Program-made: the position numbers and the translations under genes
NCBI GenBank assembly: GCA_035760685.1
Contig: DASTSM010000098.1
Coordinates: 1 to 41,778 of the forward strand
Source of the DNA: Gammaproteobacteria bacterium
GTDB lineage: Bacteria; Pseudomonadota; Gammaproteobacteria; Steroidobacterales; Rariloculaceae
Length of the DNA stretch: 41,778 nt
Direction of reading: 5' to 3'
Shown here: piece by piece, positions 17,341-25,219 of the stretch
How positions within the stretch are numbered: position 1 is the stretch's first letter
Layout of the letters: each line of letters starts with the position of its first letter
Notes under the pieces: model-generated
What the model was told of the DNA's origin: nothing
Databases searched by the model: none
Seen by the model: the letters and a program-made list of their open reading frames with translations, nothing else

Positions 17341-18254
17341 GCGCTGCCGAGCTCTTCCGTGAGCGGCGCGATCCGCCCCGCCGGAACGAGACCCGCCGCC
17401 TGGAGGAGCGCGGCCGCGCGCTCGAGCGCCTCGGCCTCGAAACCGACGCGGCCGGCCCATTGCGTCCGCTGCAGCCATTCCGCGGCGTCGCCTTGTGTAA
17501 GACCGAAGCGCCGGGAGATCTCGGCGGCCGCGCCGGGGTCGGCGCGAAATTTCGCGGCGGCGTCCAGCACGGCGGCGAGCACGCGGGCGATCGCATCGCT
17601 CATCGTCGCCAACGCGGAATCCGACGCGGCGACGACGAACGCGGGCCAAGGCGCGCCGAATTCGCCCACGCGCCGAAACCGCCCCGAATCGACGAGCGGT
17701 TTCGTCATAAACTTTTCCCAGAGGAACACGTCGGCCGTGCGGCGCTCGAAGGCGCGGACGGCGCCGTCGAGGTCGTCGACCGCGACGAACCGCAGCTCGT
17801 CGAACGGCCAGCCGCGTTGCTGTGCGAGTGCGAACGCCATGAGATGCGAGCCCGATCCGAAGCGGCTGATCGCGTAGCGTGCGCCGCGCACGTCGTCGAG
17901 CGCGCGGAACGCGGAGCCGGCGGGCACGTGGACTCCCCAGAGCAGCGGCGACTCGGTGTAGACGCTCACGATGCGGAACGCGCCGCCGTTCGCGATGCCG
18001 GCGACGGCGCCCTCGGTCAGCAGCACGCCGAGATCGAGCCGGCCGGCCTGCAGCGCTTCGCGCATCGCGCCCGAGCCGCCGGGGTAATCCTCCCACGATG
18101 CGTCGACGCCCTCGCGCGCCAGCGGCCCCGAGTCGAGTAGCCGGCGCCAGGGCAGATTGAAGTGCTCGGGGACGCCTCCGATTCGGAGCCTCACGACGGC
18201 GCGATCTCGGCGCTCGAGTCTCGGCGCGCTCGCGTCAAGCTCGGGCCGGCGCAA
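17337..18254 (-). CDS. NMT1/THI5-like (SsuA/PhnD-type) substrate-binding-fold protein, apparently without signal peptide
   Basis: 305 aa as given in the track. The pattern LRIGGVPEHFNLPW...GGSGAM..AL..G.LD...LLTEG is typical of this periplasmic-binding-protein fold. The start is uncertain: the ATG at 18254 overlaps the upstream gene by 20 nt, and the GTG at 18194 (VRLRIGG..) is an alternative. Confidence 0.7.
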   Translation of the reverse strand: MRRPELDASAPRLERRDRAVVRLRIGGVPEHFNLPWRRLLDSGPLAREGVDASWEDYPGGSGAMREALQAGRLDLGVLLTEGAVAGIANGGAFRIVSVYTESPLLWGVHVPAGSAFRALDDVRGARYAISRFGSGSHLMAFALAQQRGWPFDELRFVAVDDLDGAVRAFERRTADVFLWEKFMTKPLVDSGRFRRVGEFGAPWPAFVVAASDSALATMSDAIARVLAAVLDAAAKFRADPGAAAEISRRFGLTQGDAAEWLQRTQWAGRVGFEAEALERAAALLQAAGLVPAGRIAPLTEELGSA

Positions 18255-18840
18255 TGACCCACGAGTAGAGCGTCTCGGCGCAGGACGGCCGCGCGGCGGG
18301 AGCCGTCACGCGTGCGCTCTTGATCTCGGTTCGCCCGCGCGGACACTGCGCGACGACCTCGGCCATGCGCGCGGACCAATCCTCGCGAGACGCGTCGAGC
18401 GGCAGGGCGGCCTCGAGCATCGCGAGCGGACCCGACAGCCGATGCTCGAGCGTGCCGTCCGCCGTGGGGACGTGCTCGCCGCGAAACACGGCGCGCATGC
18501 GCTGATCCCAGGCGAGTCGCTCGAGGCAGAAAAACGCGCCGTGCGCGGTGAGCCCGGCGATCGCGACGGGCGCGCCGGGACGCTCCCCGCCCCGCCATCG
18601 ACGATCGAGCTCGTGGTACCAGAACGACGTGATGTCGCCCTGTATCTCGTGTGCCGGCAAGCCGAGATCGCGGGCTCGGCGCGCGAACGCGACGCTGTCT
18701 TCGAAGCGGGAGTCGTAGACGACCTTGTAGAGCGGCACGCCGTGCGCCGTCGCCGCGCCTGTCGCGCGCGCGGCGCGTGAAGCCAGGGGCCAGGCTCCGG
18801 CCGCGATGCCGATCTGAAGGAATTCTCGACGATTCGTCAT
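18235..18840 (-). CDS. Tat-signal hypothetical protein
   Basis: 201 aa. The twin-arginine signal is MTNRREFLQIGIAAGAWPLASRA. Composition is coding-like. I see no CxxCH or other cofactor motif. It lies between the PVADH-like gene and the SBP-like gene on the same strand. Confidence 0.7.
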   Translation of the reverse strand: MTNRREFLQIGIAAGAWPLASRAARATGAATAHGVPLYKVVYDSRFEDSVAFARRARDLGLPAHEIQGDITSFWYHELDRRWRGGERPGAPVAIAGLTAHGAFFCLERLAWDQRMRAVFRGEHVPTADGTLEHRLSGPLAMLEAALPLDASREDWSARMAEVVAQCPRGRTEIKSARVTAPAARPSCAETLYSWVIAPARA

Positions 18841-18961
18841 GCTCGGTTCTCCCCGCTGCGCGAGCGCCGTTCTCGACTTCGACTTAAGCCAATCATAGCG
18901 AGCGCGCGCAGCCGGGCAAGGCGGCGCCTCGGAGAGCCCGCCGATAGCCGCCGTCGCGAAG

Positions 18962-20815
18962 TCACTTGCCGTCGACCGAGAACGCGAGCAGGACGTTCCC
19001 CGGCGTCCCGCCCGCGTTCGGATAGCCCGAGTTCACGAAGACCATGCCGCCGCCGACGACGGGTCCGGGTCCGTCGAGCGAGCCTCCGTGCCCCGGCACG
19101 CCGTCGACGCTGTCGTACTCGCGCACCGTGTCGAAGTCCCAGATCACGCTTCCGTCCTCGGTCGAGTACGCGCGCAGATGTCCGTCGAGCGAGCCCGAGA
19201 ACACGACGCCTTCCAGCGCGGTCACGGCGGCGAGCTGAGCGGGGCTGCAGCGTGCGCGAGCCGCCGGACAACCGGCCGGCGGCGTGTACCAAAGCCGCTT
19301 GCCGTCGGCGAGACGCAGCGCGAACATGCCGCCGCCGACGGCCGGATCGGCCTCCGTCGCGCCCGTGTTCGCGACCGGCACACGTCCGAGGTCCGAAAGC
19401 GCGACGTAGACGTTGGCCGCGTCGGCTGCAGAGCCCCATTGAATGCCGCCGAGGCTTCCGCCGCGCCCGATTCGCACTTGCCAGCGGATTCGCCCGTCCT
19501 GATCGGGATCGACCGCGTGCACCACGCCCGACTTCTGTCCGGCGATGAGTGCCCGCCCGCCGCCGGCCGGCAACGACACGAGGATCGGCGATGCGCCGAA
19601 GTCGAAATCGGGCCCGCTCTGCTCGGTGCAGTTCGTTCGATCCGGGAGCCGGCATGCGACCGTGTAGACATCGGACGAGGTCATCTGCCTCGACCAGAGG
19701 ATGCGGCCCGTGTCGAGATCGAGGGCGACGAACGCGTCGCTCAGGTCCGTCGCGGGCTCGCTGTAGTTGTTGCCCGTCGTCACGTAGATCGCGTTTCGCG
19801 CGGGATCGACGGCGGGGCTCGACCAGATCGGAGCGCCGGACGGCCCCCAAAGCTGCACGCCGCCCGCGCTCTTGCGCGTCGGGTGCGGCACGTCGACGGT
19901 GTAGGTCTTCCAGACGAACGCGCCCGTCGCCGCGTCGAGCGCGACGAGGCTGCCGCGGAAACGGCAGCACTCGTAGTCGGGCGAGGCCGCCGCGTTCTCC
20001 TCGTGCGACGAGACCGGCACATAGAGCCGACCTTGATAGAACACGGGCGAGCCCGTCAGCGTGGCGAGCGGGAAGTCGTCGACTCGGACCTTCCAGAGCG
20101 GCCGGCCGGTGTCCGCGTCGACGGCATGCATGAAGCCCGCCGCATCGCCGAAGAAGGCCGCACTGTGCCGGCCTTCGGGCGTCTCGATCTCGGCGACGCT
20201 GACGGCGGTCCGGACCCCGGCGCCGACGTTCCTGACCCAGTGCACGCAGCCCGTGGACGCGTCGAGCGAGTAGACGTTCCCGCTTTCGGTGCCCGTGAAA
20301 AGCCGCCCGCCTGCGAGCGCCGGATGGCCGTACACGCGAATCTCGTGCGGAAACGCGAAGGCCCATTTGAGCGCGAGCCGCGGCACGTCGGCGGCGCGAA
20401 GACCCGCCGCCTCGGCACTGCGAAATCGCGTGTTGGCGAGGTCGGCGCCCCAGCCGCTCCAAGTCGGCCCTTGCAGCTTGAGCGGCGGCGCGTCGGCCGC
20501 GCACAGCGCGGCGGCCGGGGGCAAGGCGCTCGAGGCATCGGCCAACGGCTCGCCCGCCACGAACTCGCTGACGAGGCGGCGCTGATCCGCGGACAGGCCC
20601 ACGGCCATCGTGATCATGGAGCCGCGCTCCAAGGCCTCGAGCACGCGCTCGGGCGTGAGCGACGCGAGCGTCTCGCGCGGCGGCGCGCGCTCGAGCGCGG
20701 CGTCGTGGCAGACGGAGCAACGCTCCGCATACAGCCTCGCCCCTTCCTGGGCCTGCGCGGCAGCCGCGACGCCGACGACGAGGCCGGCGCCCCAGCGAAG
20801 CACGCTCGTCTTCAT
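18962..20815 (-). CDS. Quinohaemoprotein: N-terminal cytochrome c + PQQ beta-propeller dehydrogenase (polyvinyl-alcohol-dehydrogenase-like)
   Basis: 617 aa. A signal peptide is followed by the haem-c site LYAERCSVCHD. A repeated propeller pattern is present (G.LF.GT.SG.VYSLDA.TG...W, MHAVDADTGRPLW, LVALDAATGAFVW, FVALDLDTGRILW, LRAYSTEDGSVIW), along with a vicinal Cys-Cys (YECCRF). The start ATG overlaps the stop of the upstream gene (ATGA at 20812-20815). Confidence 0.85.
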   Translation of the reverse strand: MKTSVLRWGAGLVVGVAAAAQAQEGARLYAERCSVCHDAALERAPPRETLASLTPERVLEALERGSMITMAVGLSADQRRLVSEFVAGEPLADASSALPPAAALCAADAPPLKLQGPTWSGWGADLANTRFRSAEAAGLRAADVPRLALKWAFAFPHEIRVYGHPALAGGRLFTGTESGNVYSLDASTGCVHWVRNVGAGVRTAVSVAEIETPEGRHSAAFFGDAAGFMHAVDADTGRPLWKVRVDDFPLATLTGSPVFYQGRLYVPVSSHEENAAASPDYECCRFRGSLVALDAATGAFVWKTYTVDVPHPTRKSAGGVQLWGPSGAPIWSSPAVDPARNAIYVTTGNNYSEPATDLSDAFVALDLDTGRILWSRQMTSSDVYTVACRLPDRTNCTEQSGPDFDFGASPILVSLPAGGGRALIAGQKSGVVHAVDPDQDGRIRWQVRIGRGGSLGGIQWGSAADAANVYVALSDLGRVPVANTGATEADPAVGGGMFALRLADGKRLWYTPPAGCPAARARCSPAQLAAVTALEGVVFSGSLDGHLRAYSTEDGSVIWDFDTVREYDSVDGVPGHGGSLDGPGPVVGGGMVFVNSGYPNAGGTPGNVLLAFSVDGK

Positions 20816-21816
20816 TCGTCCGTGAGATAGCGTTTAGCGACGCCGGGATCGCACTCGAGATTCGTCGGCGCGAGGTCCGGCCGGTATTCCCACTGCGAGT
20901 AGAACTCGACCGGCTTCTCGAGATAGTCCGGATCCTCGAGCGCGACCTTGTAGTTGATGTGCCGCGCGTCCTGCGTCAGAGAGAGACGCTCGACGAGATG
21001 CTTGCGCGGACCGGACGGCAAACCGAGCGCATTGCCTTCCCGATGATCCGCGAAATCGACCGTGTCGATGACGAGCGTATTGCCTTCCCAATGGCCGATC
21101 GAGTGGCCGTGCAACGTGCGCTGCCCGTTCTCCGGATGCCCGCGCCCATCCATGTACACGGCGCGCTTCGACGACATCCAATCGACGTTGAACACGATCG
21201 TGTCGTCGTCGACCTCGATGGTGCGGACGACGGGATAGAGCATGAGCGTCGGAGCCGTCACGGGGATGCACCTCGCATGCGTCGCATCGCTCACGTCGAA
21301 ATCGGCGAGGGCTTTCTTTCCCGCCTCGGTCAACGGCCCGCCGCGCACGCTCGACGTGAAGGCGAAGAAACCATCCCGCGGAGCGAGCCAGGTCCCCGCC
21401 AAGCCCTTCGCCCGCTCCGCGCTCGGCGCCTTGATGCTGCGCGACGCGATGAAGAGCGGCAACACGCTGCCGTCCGCGGTCACGATCTCTCGGCCGAGAA
21501 CGATGTGCCCCTCGCCGCGGCGGCTCGGATTCGCGTGGACCGTGACGCGATCGCCGGGATGGAGCGACTCCTTCGCGAGGCCGAGCGGCTGCAGCACCGA
21601 AGCCGCCCCGGCCTCGATCTCCTGCTCGCGCTCGGCGCCGTCCGGGCCCGCCGTGCGCACCGTCATATACACGTGCGGATTCTTCCAGTCGTACCGCGTG
21701 ACGACGCCGTCGAAGGTGATCTCCTTGCTCGTGTCGAACATCGCGGCGCTGTGATGCGCCGCGGCCGCGTTCCCGATGAGCAGAGCGGCGAAAACGCTCA
21801 TCACCCGAAAGCCCAT
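20812..21816 (-). CDS. Secreted fusion protein: DUF6152-like N-terminal domain + domain homologous to the 6768..7724 protein
   Basis: The ATG at 21816 (alternative 21801) lies inside track ORF 20812..22560. The upstream part of that ORF is Arg-rich and antisense to nothing coding. The signal peptide is MGFRVMSVFAALLIGNAAAA|HHSAAMFD. The N-terminal half aligns with 7765..8151 and the C-terminal half (ARCIPVTAP...RAVYMDGRGHP...GHSIGHWEGNTLVIDT...LECDP) aligns with 6768..7724. Confidence 0.8.
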   Translation of the reverse strand: MGFRVMSVFAALLIGNAAAAHHSAAMFDTSKEITFDGVVTRYDWKNPHVYMTVRTAGPDGAEREQEIEAGAASVLQPLGLAKESLHPGDRVTVHANPSRRGEGHIVLGREIVTADGSVLPLFIASRSIKAPSAERAKGLAGTWLAPRDGFFAFTSSVRGGPLTEAGKKALADFDVSDATHARCIPVTAPTLMLYPVVRTIEVDDDTIVFNVDWMSSKRAVYMDGRGHPENGQRTLHGHSIGHWEGNTLVIDTVDFADHREGNALGLPSGPRKHLVERLSLTQDARHINYKVALEDPDYLEKPVEFYSQWEYRPDLAPTNLECDPGVAKRYLTDE

Positions 21817-22023
21817 TCGATACCCCTCGACGACAAACGGCGAGCGCCGACGGCGGCGGCGCCGTCGGCAAACAATTCGCGCTGCGCGACGCTGAGATTC
21901 GCGATCGAGTATAGCACCGGCCCTCCGCAGGCCCGGTCGTCCAGCGGGCACGGGACGCGCCGCACTGGCACGGCCGCGAAGGCCTGCCGTAGTATCGGAA
22001 ACGATTCCTCCAAGGAGAGTTCG

Positions 22024-23778
22024 ATGGGGCGTTCGCCTTCCCGCGCGCCGGCTCTGCTCCTCGGCGCCCTGCTCCTTCCGACCGCGCGCGCCGGCGGCCT
22101 CGAGCCCGTGACCGACGCGATGCTGCGCAATCCCGATCCCGCGGATTGGCTCATGTTTCGCAGGACGTACGACGATTGGGGCTACAGCCCCCTCGACGAG
22201 ATCGATCGGACCAACGTCGCGCGTCTCGAGCTCGCATGGTCCCGCGACTTGAACGACGCGTCCTCGCAGGAAGGTACGCCGCTCGTCCGCGCCGGCGTCA
22301 TGTACTTTCCGGAGCCGATGGACGTCGTGACCGCGATGAACGCGGCGACGGGCGAGACGCTCTGGCAGTACCGCCGAAAGCTGCCCGAGGACGTCGGCCG
22401 CTACGTCCCGAACCCGCAGACCAACCGCAACCTCGCCGTCTACGGCACGCTCGTCATCGACGCCGGCTCCGACGACTTCATCTATGCGCTCGATGCCGAG
22501 ACGGGCCGGCTCGTCTGGGAAACGAAGATCGTCGACTACAAGACGCATCCGGCCAAGCAAGGCTCAGGCCCGCTCGTGGTGAACGGCAAGCTCGTCTCGG
22601 GCCGGAACTGCATGCCCCAAGGCGGCCCCGAAGCATGCGTGATCACGGCGCACGACGCGCGCTCCGGCAAAGAGCTATGGCGCCTGCACACGATTCCCCG
22701 CCCCGAGGATCCTCACGGCGACAGCTGGGGCGGCGTGCCCTACGAGCAGCGCTGGCACGTCGGCGCGTGGATGGTGCCGAGCTACGATCCCGCCCTCGGC
22801 CTCGTCTACATGGGCACGTCCGTGACGGCGCCCGCGCCGAAGTTCATGCTGGCGGGCAACGACAAGACTTACCTCTATCACAACTCGACGCTCGCCATCG
22901 ATCCCGACGACGGCAAGATCGTCTGGTACTACCAGCATCTCGTCGATCATTGGGATCTCGACCACACCTTCGAGCGCATGCTCGTCGACACGGCCGTCGC
23001 GCCCGACCCGGCGGAGGTGCCGTGGATCAATCCGGGCCTGAAACCCAAGGAACGCCGCCGCGTCGTGACGGGTATTCCGGGCAAGACGGGCATCGTCTAC
23101 ACGCTCGACCGGGAGACGGGCGAATTCCTCTGGGCGCGGCCGACCGTCGAGCAAAACGTCGTGGCAAGCATCGACGGCGCGACCGGAAAGGTCGTCGAGA
23201 ACGAGGCCATGCACTTCACGGCCGCGGGCCAGACGCGGTTCGTCTGCCCGACGACCAACGGCGGCAAGAACTGGCCGGCCGGCGCGTACAGCCCGCGCAC
23301 GAAGGCGATGTACTTCCCGCTCGCGAACACGTGCATGAGCACGACGTCGGTCGCGGATAAGCCGAAGCCCGAGCTCATCTACGCGATCGACAGCGAGACG
23401 GTCGTGGCACCCGGGGCGGCGGGCGTCGGCACGCTTCGCGCGATCGACGTCGAGACGGGCAGAACGCGCTGGCGCTACGACGAGCGCGCGGGCCTCATGT
23501 CTCTCGTCGCGACGGGCGGCGACCTGCTGTTCGGCGGAGACGTCGCGGGCAAGTTCCGGGCATACGACGCCGAGACGGGCAAGGTGCTCTGGGAGACGGA
23601 TCTCGGCTCGCCCGTCACGGGCTTCCCGATCACGTTTGCGGCGGCCGGGCGTCAGTACGTCGCGGTCAGCACGGGGCGATCGAATTTGACAGGGGCCTTG
23701 GCGCGGCTTACGCCGGATGCGCGGGCCGCGGGCGACGGCGCGAAACTGTTCGTGTTCGCGCTCCCCGCCGCGAAATAG
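22024..23778 (+). CDS. PQQ-dependent dehydrogenase, methanol/ethanol family
   Basis: The ATG at 22024 follows AAGGAGAG (22012-22019), in frame inside track ORF 20959..23778. A signal peptide is followed by VTDAMLRNPDPADWLMFRRTYDDWGYSPLDEIDRTNVARLELAW, the typical N-terminus of this family. Propeller repeats are present (FIYALDAETGRLVWE, ITAHDARSGKELW, LAIDPDDGKIVW, TLRAIDVETGRTRW, FRAYDAETGKVLWE), as is the active-site region DHWDLDH. Confidence 0.9.
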   Translation: MGRSPSRAPALLLGALLLPTARAGGLEPVTDAMLRNPDPADWLMFRRTYDDWGYSPLDEIDRTNVARLELAWSRDLNDASSQEGTPLVRAGVMYFPEPMDVVTAMNAATGETLWQYRRKLPEDVGRYVPNPQTNRNLAVYGTLVIDAGSDDFIYALDAETGRLVWETKIVDYKTHPAKQGSGPLVVNGKLVSGRNCMPQGGPEACVITAHDARSGKELWRLHTIPRPEDPHGDSWGGVPYEQRWHVGAWMVPSYDPALGLVYMGTSVTAPAPKFMLAGNDKTYLYHNSTLAIDPDDGKIVWYYQHLVDHWDLDHTFERMLVDTAVAPDPAEVPWINPGLKPKERRRVVTGIPGKTGIVYTLDRETGEFLWARPTVEQNVVASIDGATGKVVENEAMHFTAAGQTRFVCPTTNGGKNWPAGAYSPRTKAMYFPLANTCMSTTSVADKPKPELIYAIDSETVVAPGAAGVGTLRAIDVETGRTRWRYDERAGLMSLVATGGDLLFGGDVAGKFRAYDAETGKVLWETDLGSPVTGFPITFAAAGRQYVAVSTGRSNLTGALARLTPDARAAGDGAKLFVFALPAAK

Positions 23779-23809
23779 CGCGGCCGGGCCGGCGCGCTCG
23801 AGGTAGCCC

Positions 23810-23884
23810 GATCAGGCGGATCAGGCCGATCACGCGGCCGGATCAGGTTGATCAGGCGGCCGGATCGGGCCGATCAGGCGGCCT
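23810..23884. repeat. GATC-rich tandem repeat (three 22-bp units plus a partial unit; 7 GATC sites in 75 bp)
   Basis: Partial unit: GATCAGGCG (23810-18). Full units: GATCAGGCCGATCACGCGGCCG (23819-40), GATCAGGTTGATCAGGCGGCCG (23841-62) and GATCGGGCCGATCAGGCGGCCT (23863-84). The array lies between convergent genes, and the last unit overlaps the final codons and stop of the desaturase gene. Confidence 0.85.
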
Positions 23885-25052
23885 GCTCTCGATAGCCGCG
23901 CAGCTGCCGCGCGAACTCCTCGAGCGCCGCGATACCGCTCCCTTCCGCGTCGGCGCACCAAGCCTGAAGGCGTGCGAGCATCTCGTGCTGCGTTTTCGCC
24001 TGCTGAGTCCAGAGGTCCTTGAGCCGCTGCCGGAACTCGTAGATCGTCTGAAGCGTGTGATTCGCCTGGAGCGCTTCCTTGAGATGCCGGCGGTTCGCCG
24101 CGTCGAGCGCGAGGTGCTCCTTCGAGATGAGCCTGCGCACGCGCTGAATCCTGCGCTTGGCCTCCCCCTGCAGGTAGCGCGCCTCGGCGCGCAGCACGGG
24201 GCGGACGACCTCGGTGCCGTACAGCTTCAGCACGTGAAAGCGGTTCGCGACCACGGCGCGCAGCATCTCCATGTCGATGACGTGCGAGCCCGCGAGGAAC
24301 GAGGTCTTCGGCGCCGTGCGCCGGACCGTAGCGAGGCCGAGCGACGCGAGGATCCTGATGTAGAGCCACCCGATGTCGAGCTCCCACCATTTGTTGGAGA
24401 GCCGCGCCGAGCTGCCGTAGGCGTGATGGTTGTTGTGGAGCTCCTCGCCGCCGATCAGGATGCCGAAAGGCACGATGTTGCGCGAGGCGTCCTGCGTCTC
24501 GAAGTTTCGGTAGCCCCAGTAATGACCGACGCCGTTGATGACGCCGGCGGCCCAGAACGGGATCCAGACCATCTGAACAGCGAAGATGACCGCGCCCGCG
24601 ACGCCCCCGAACAGCAGCAGATCGGCGACGAGCATGACACCGAGCCCGAGGAAGCGATGCCGGCTGTACACTTTGTGCTCGACCCAGTCGTCGGGCGTAC
24701 CGGCGCCGTAGGCGGCGATCGTCTCCGGGATCATGGCCTCGTGCCGGTACAGGAACGTCCCGCCGAAGAGCACTCGCCAGATGCCCTCCTGCTGAGGGCT
24801 ATGCGGATCGTTCTCCGATTCGCATTTCGCGTGATGCTTGCGGTGGACCGCGACCCACTCGCGCGTGACCATGCCCGTCGTGAGCCAGAGCCAGAGCCGA
24901 AAGAAGTGCGCGACCGCCGGATGGAGGCTCAACGCGCGATGCGCCTGGTGGCGATGCAGATAGATCGTGACCGAGGCGATCGTCACGTGCGTGAGCGCGA
25001 GCGCGGCGACGATGTATCCGACGACCGAAAGATTCAGCAATCCGTCCGACAA
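23874..25052 (-). CDS. Membrane fatty-acid (acyl-lipid/acyl-CoA) desaturase, DesA-like delta-9 type
   Basis: 392 aa. Three histidine boxes are present: HRHQAH, HRKHH and HNNHH. The N-terminal half is hydrophobic. A long helical C-terminal extension is present, as I recall for Pseudomonas DesA-type enzymes. Confidence 0.88.
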   Translation of the reverse strand: MSDGLLNLSVVGYIVAALALTHVTIASVTIYLHRHQAHRALSLHPAVAHFFRLWLWLTTGMVTREWVAVHRKHHAKCESENDPHSPQQEGIWRVLFGGTFLYRHEAMIPETIAAYGAGTPDDWVEHKVYSRHRFLGLGVMLVADLLLFGGVAGAVIFAVQMVWIPFWAAGVINGVGHYWGYRNFETQDASRNIVPFGILIGGEELHNNHHAYGSSARLSNKWWELDIGWLYIRILASLGLATVRRTAPKTSFLAGSHVIDMEMLRAVVANRFHVLKLYGTEVVRPVLRAEARYLQGEAKRRIQRVRRLISKEHLALDAANRRHLKEALQANHTLQTIYEFRQRLKDLWTQQAKTQHEMLARLQAWCADAEGSGIAALEEFARQLRGYREQAA

Positions 25053-25219
25053 AGCGGCGACTCCCGAGGTTTCGACCTCAATTTCGCGAGACGAGCCCCG
25101 AGGCCCATCGCATCGGGGCTCCGCCAGCTTACCAGACTCCCCGGCCCCGGAAGCGGAAATAACTCTCGGCGAGCCGGAGAGGGTAAGCTAGGCCGGCCGG
25201 CCGAGGCCGGAAGCCGCCG

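Noticed and set aside
18837-20720. 627-aa minus-strand ORF, the 580-aa plus-strand ORF 19088..20830, and other overlapping ORFs in this span
   Set aside because: These are alternative frames or the antisense strand of the quinohaemoprotein gene. Their products are extremely Arg-rich, whereas the 18962..20815 frame carries haem-c and propeller motifs.
20959-22023. N-terminal 355 codons of the 939-aa plus-strand ORF
   Set aside because: This part is antisense to the DUF6152-fusion gene and then crosses the intergenic region. The real PQQ dehydrogenase begins at the SD-preceded ATG at 22024 with a signal peptide.
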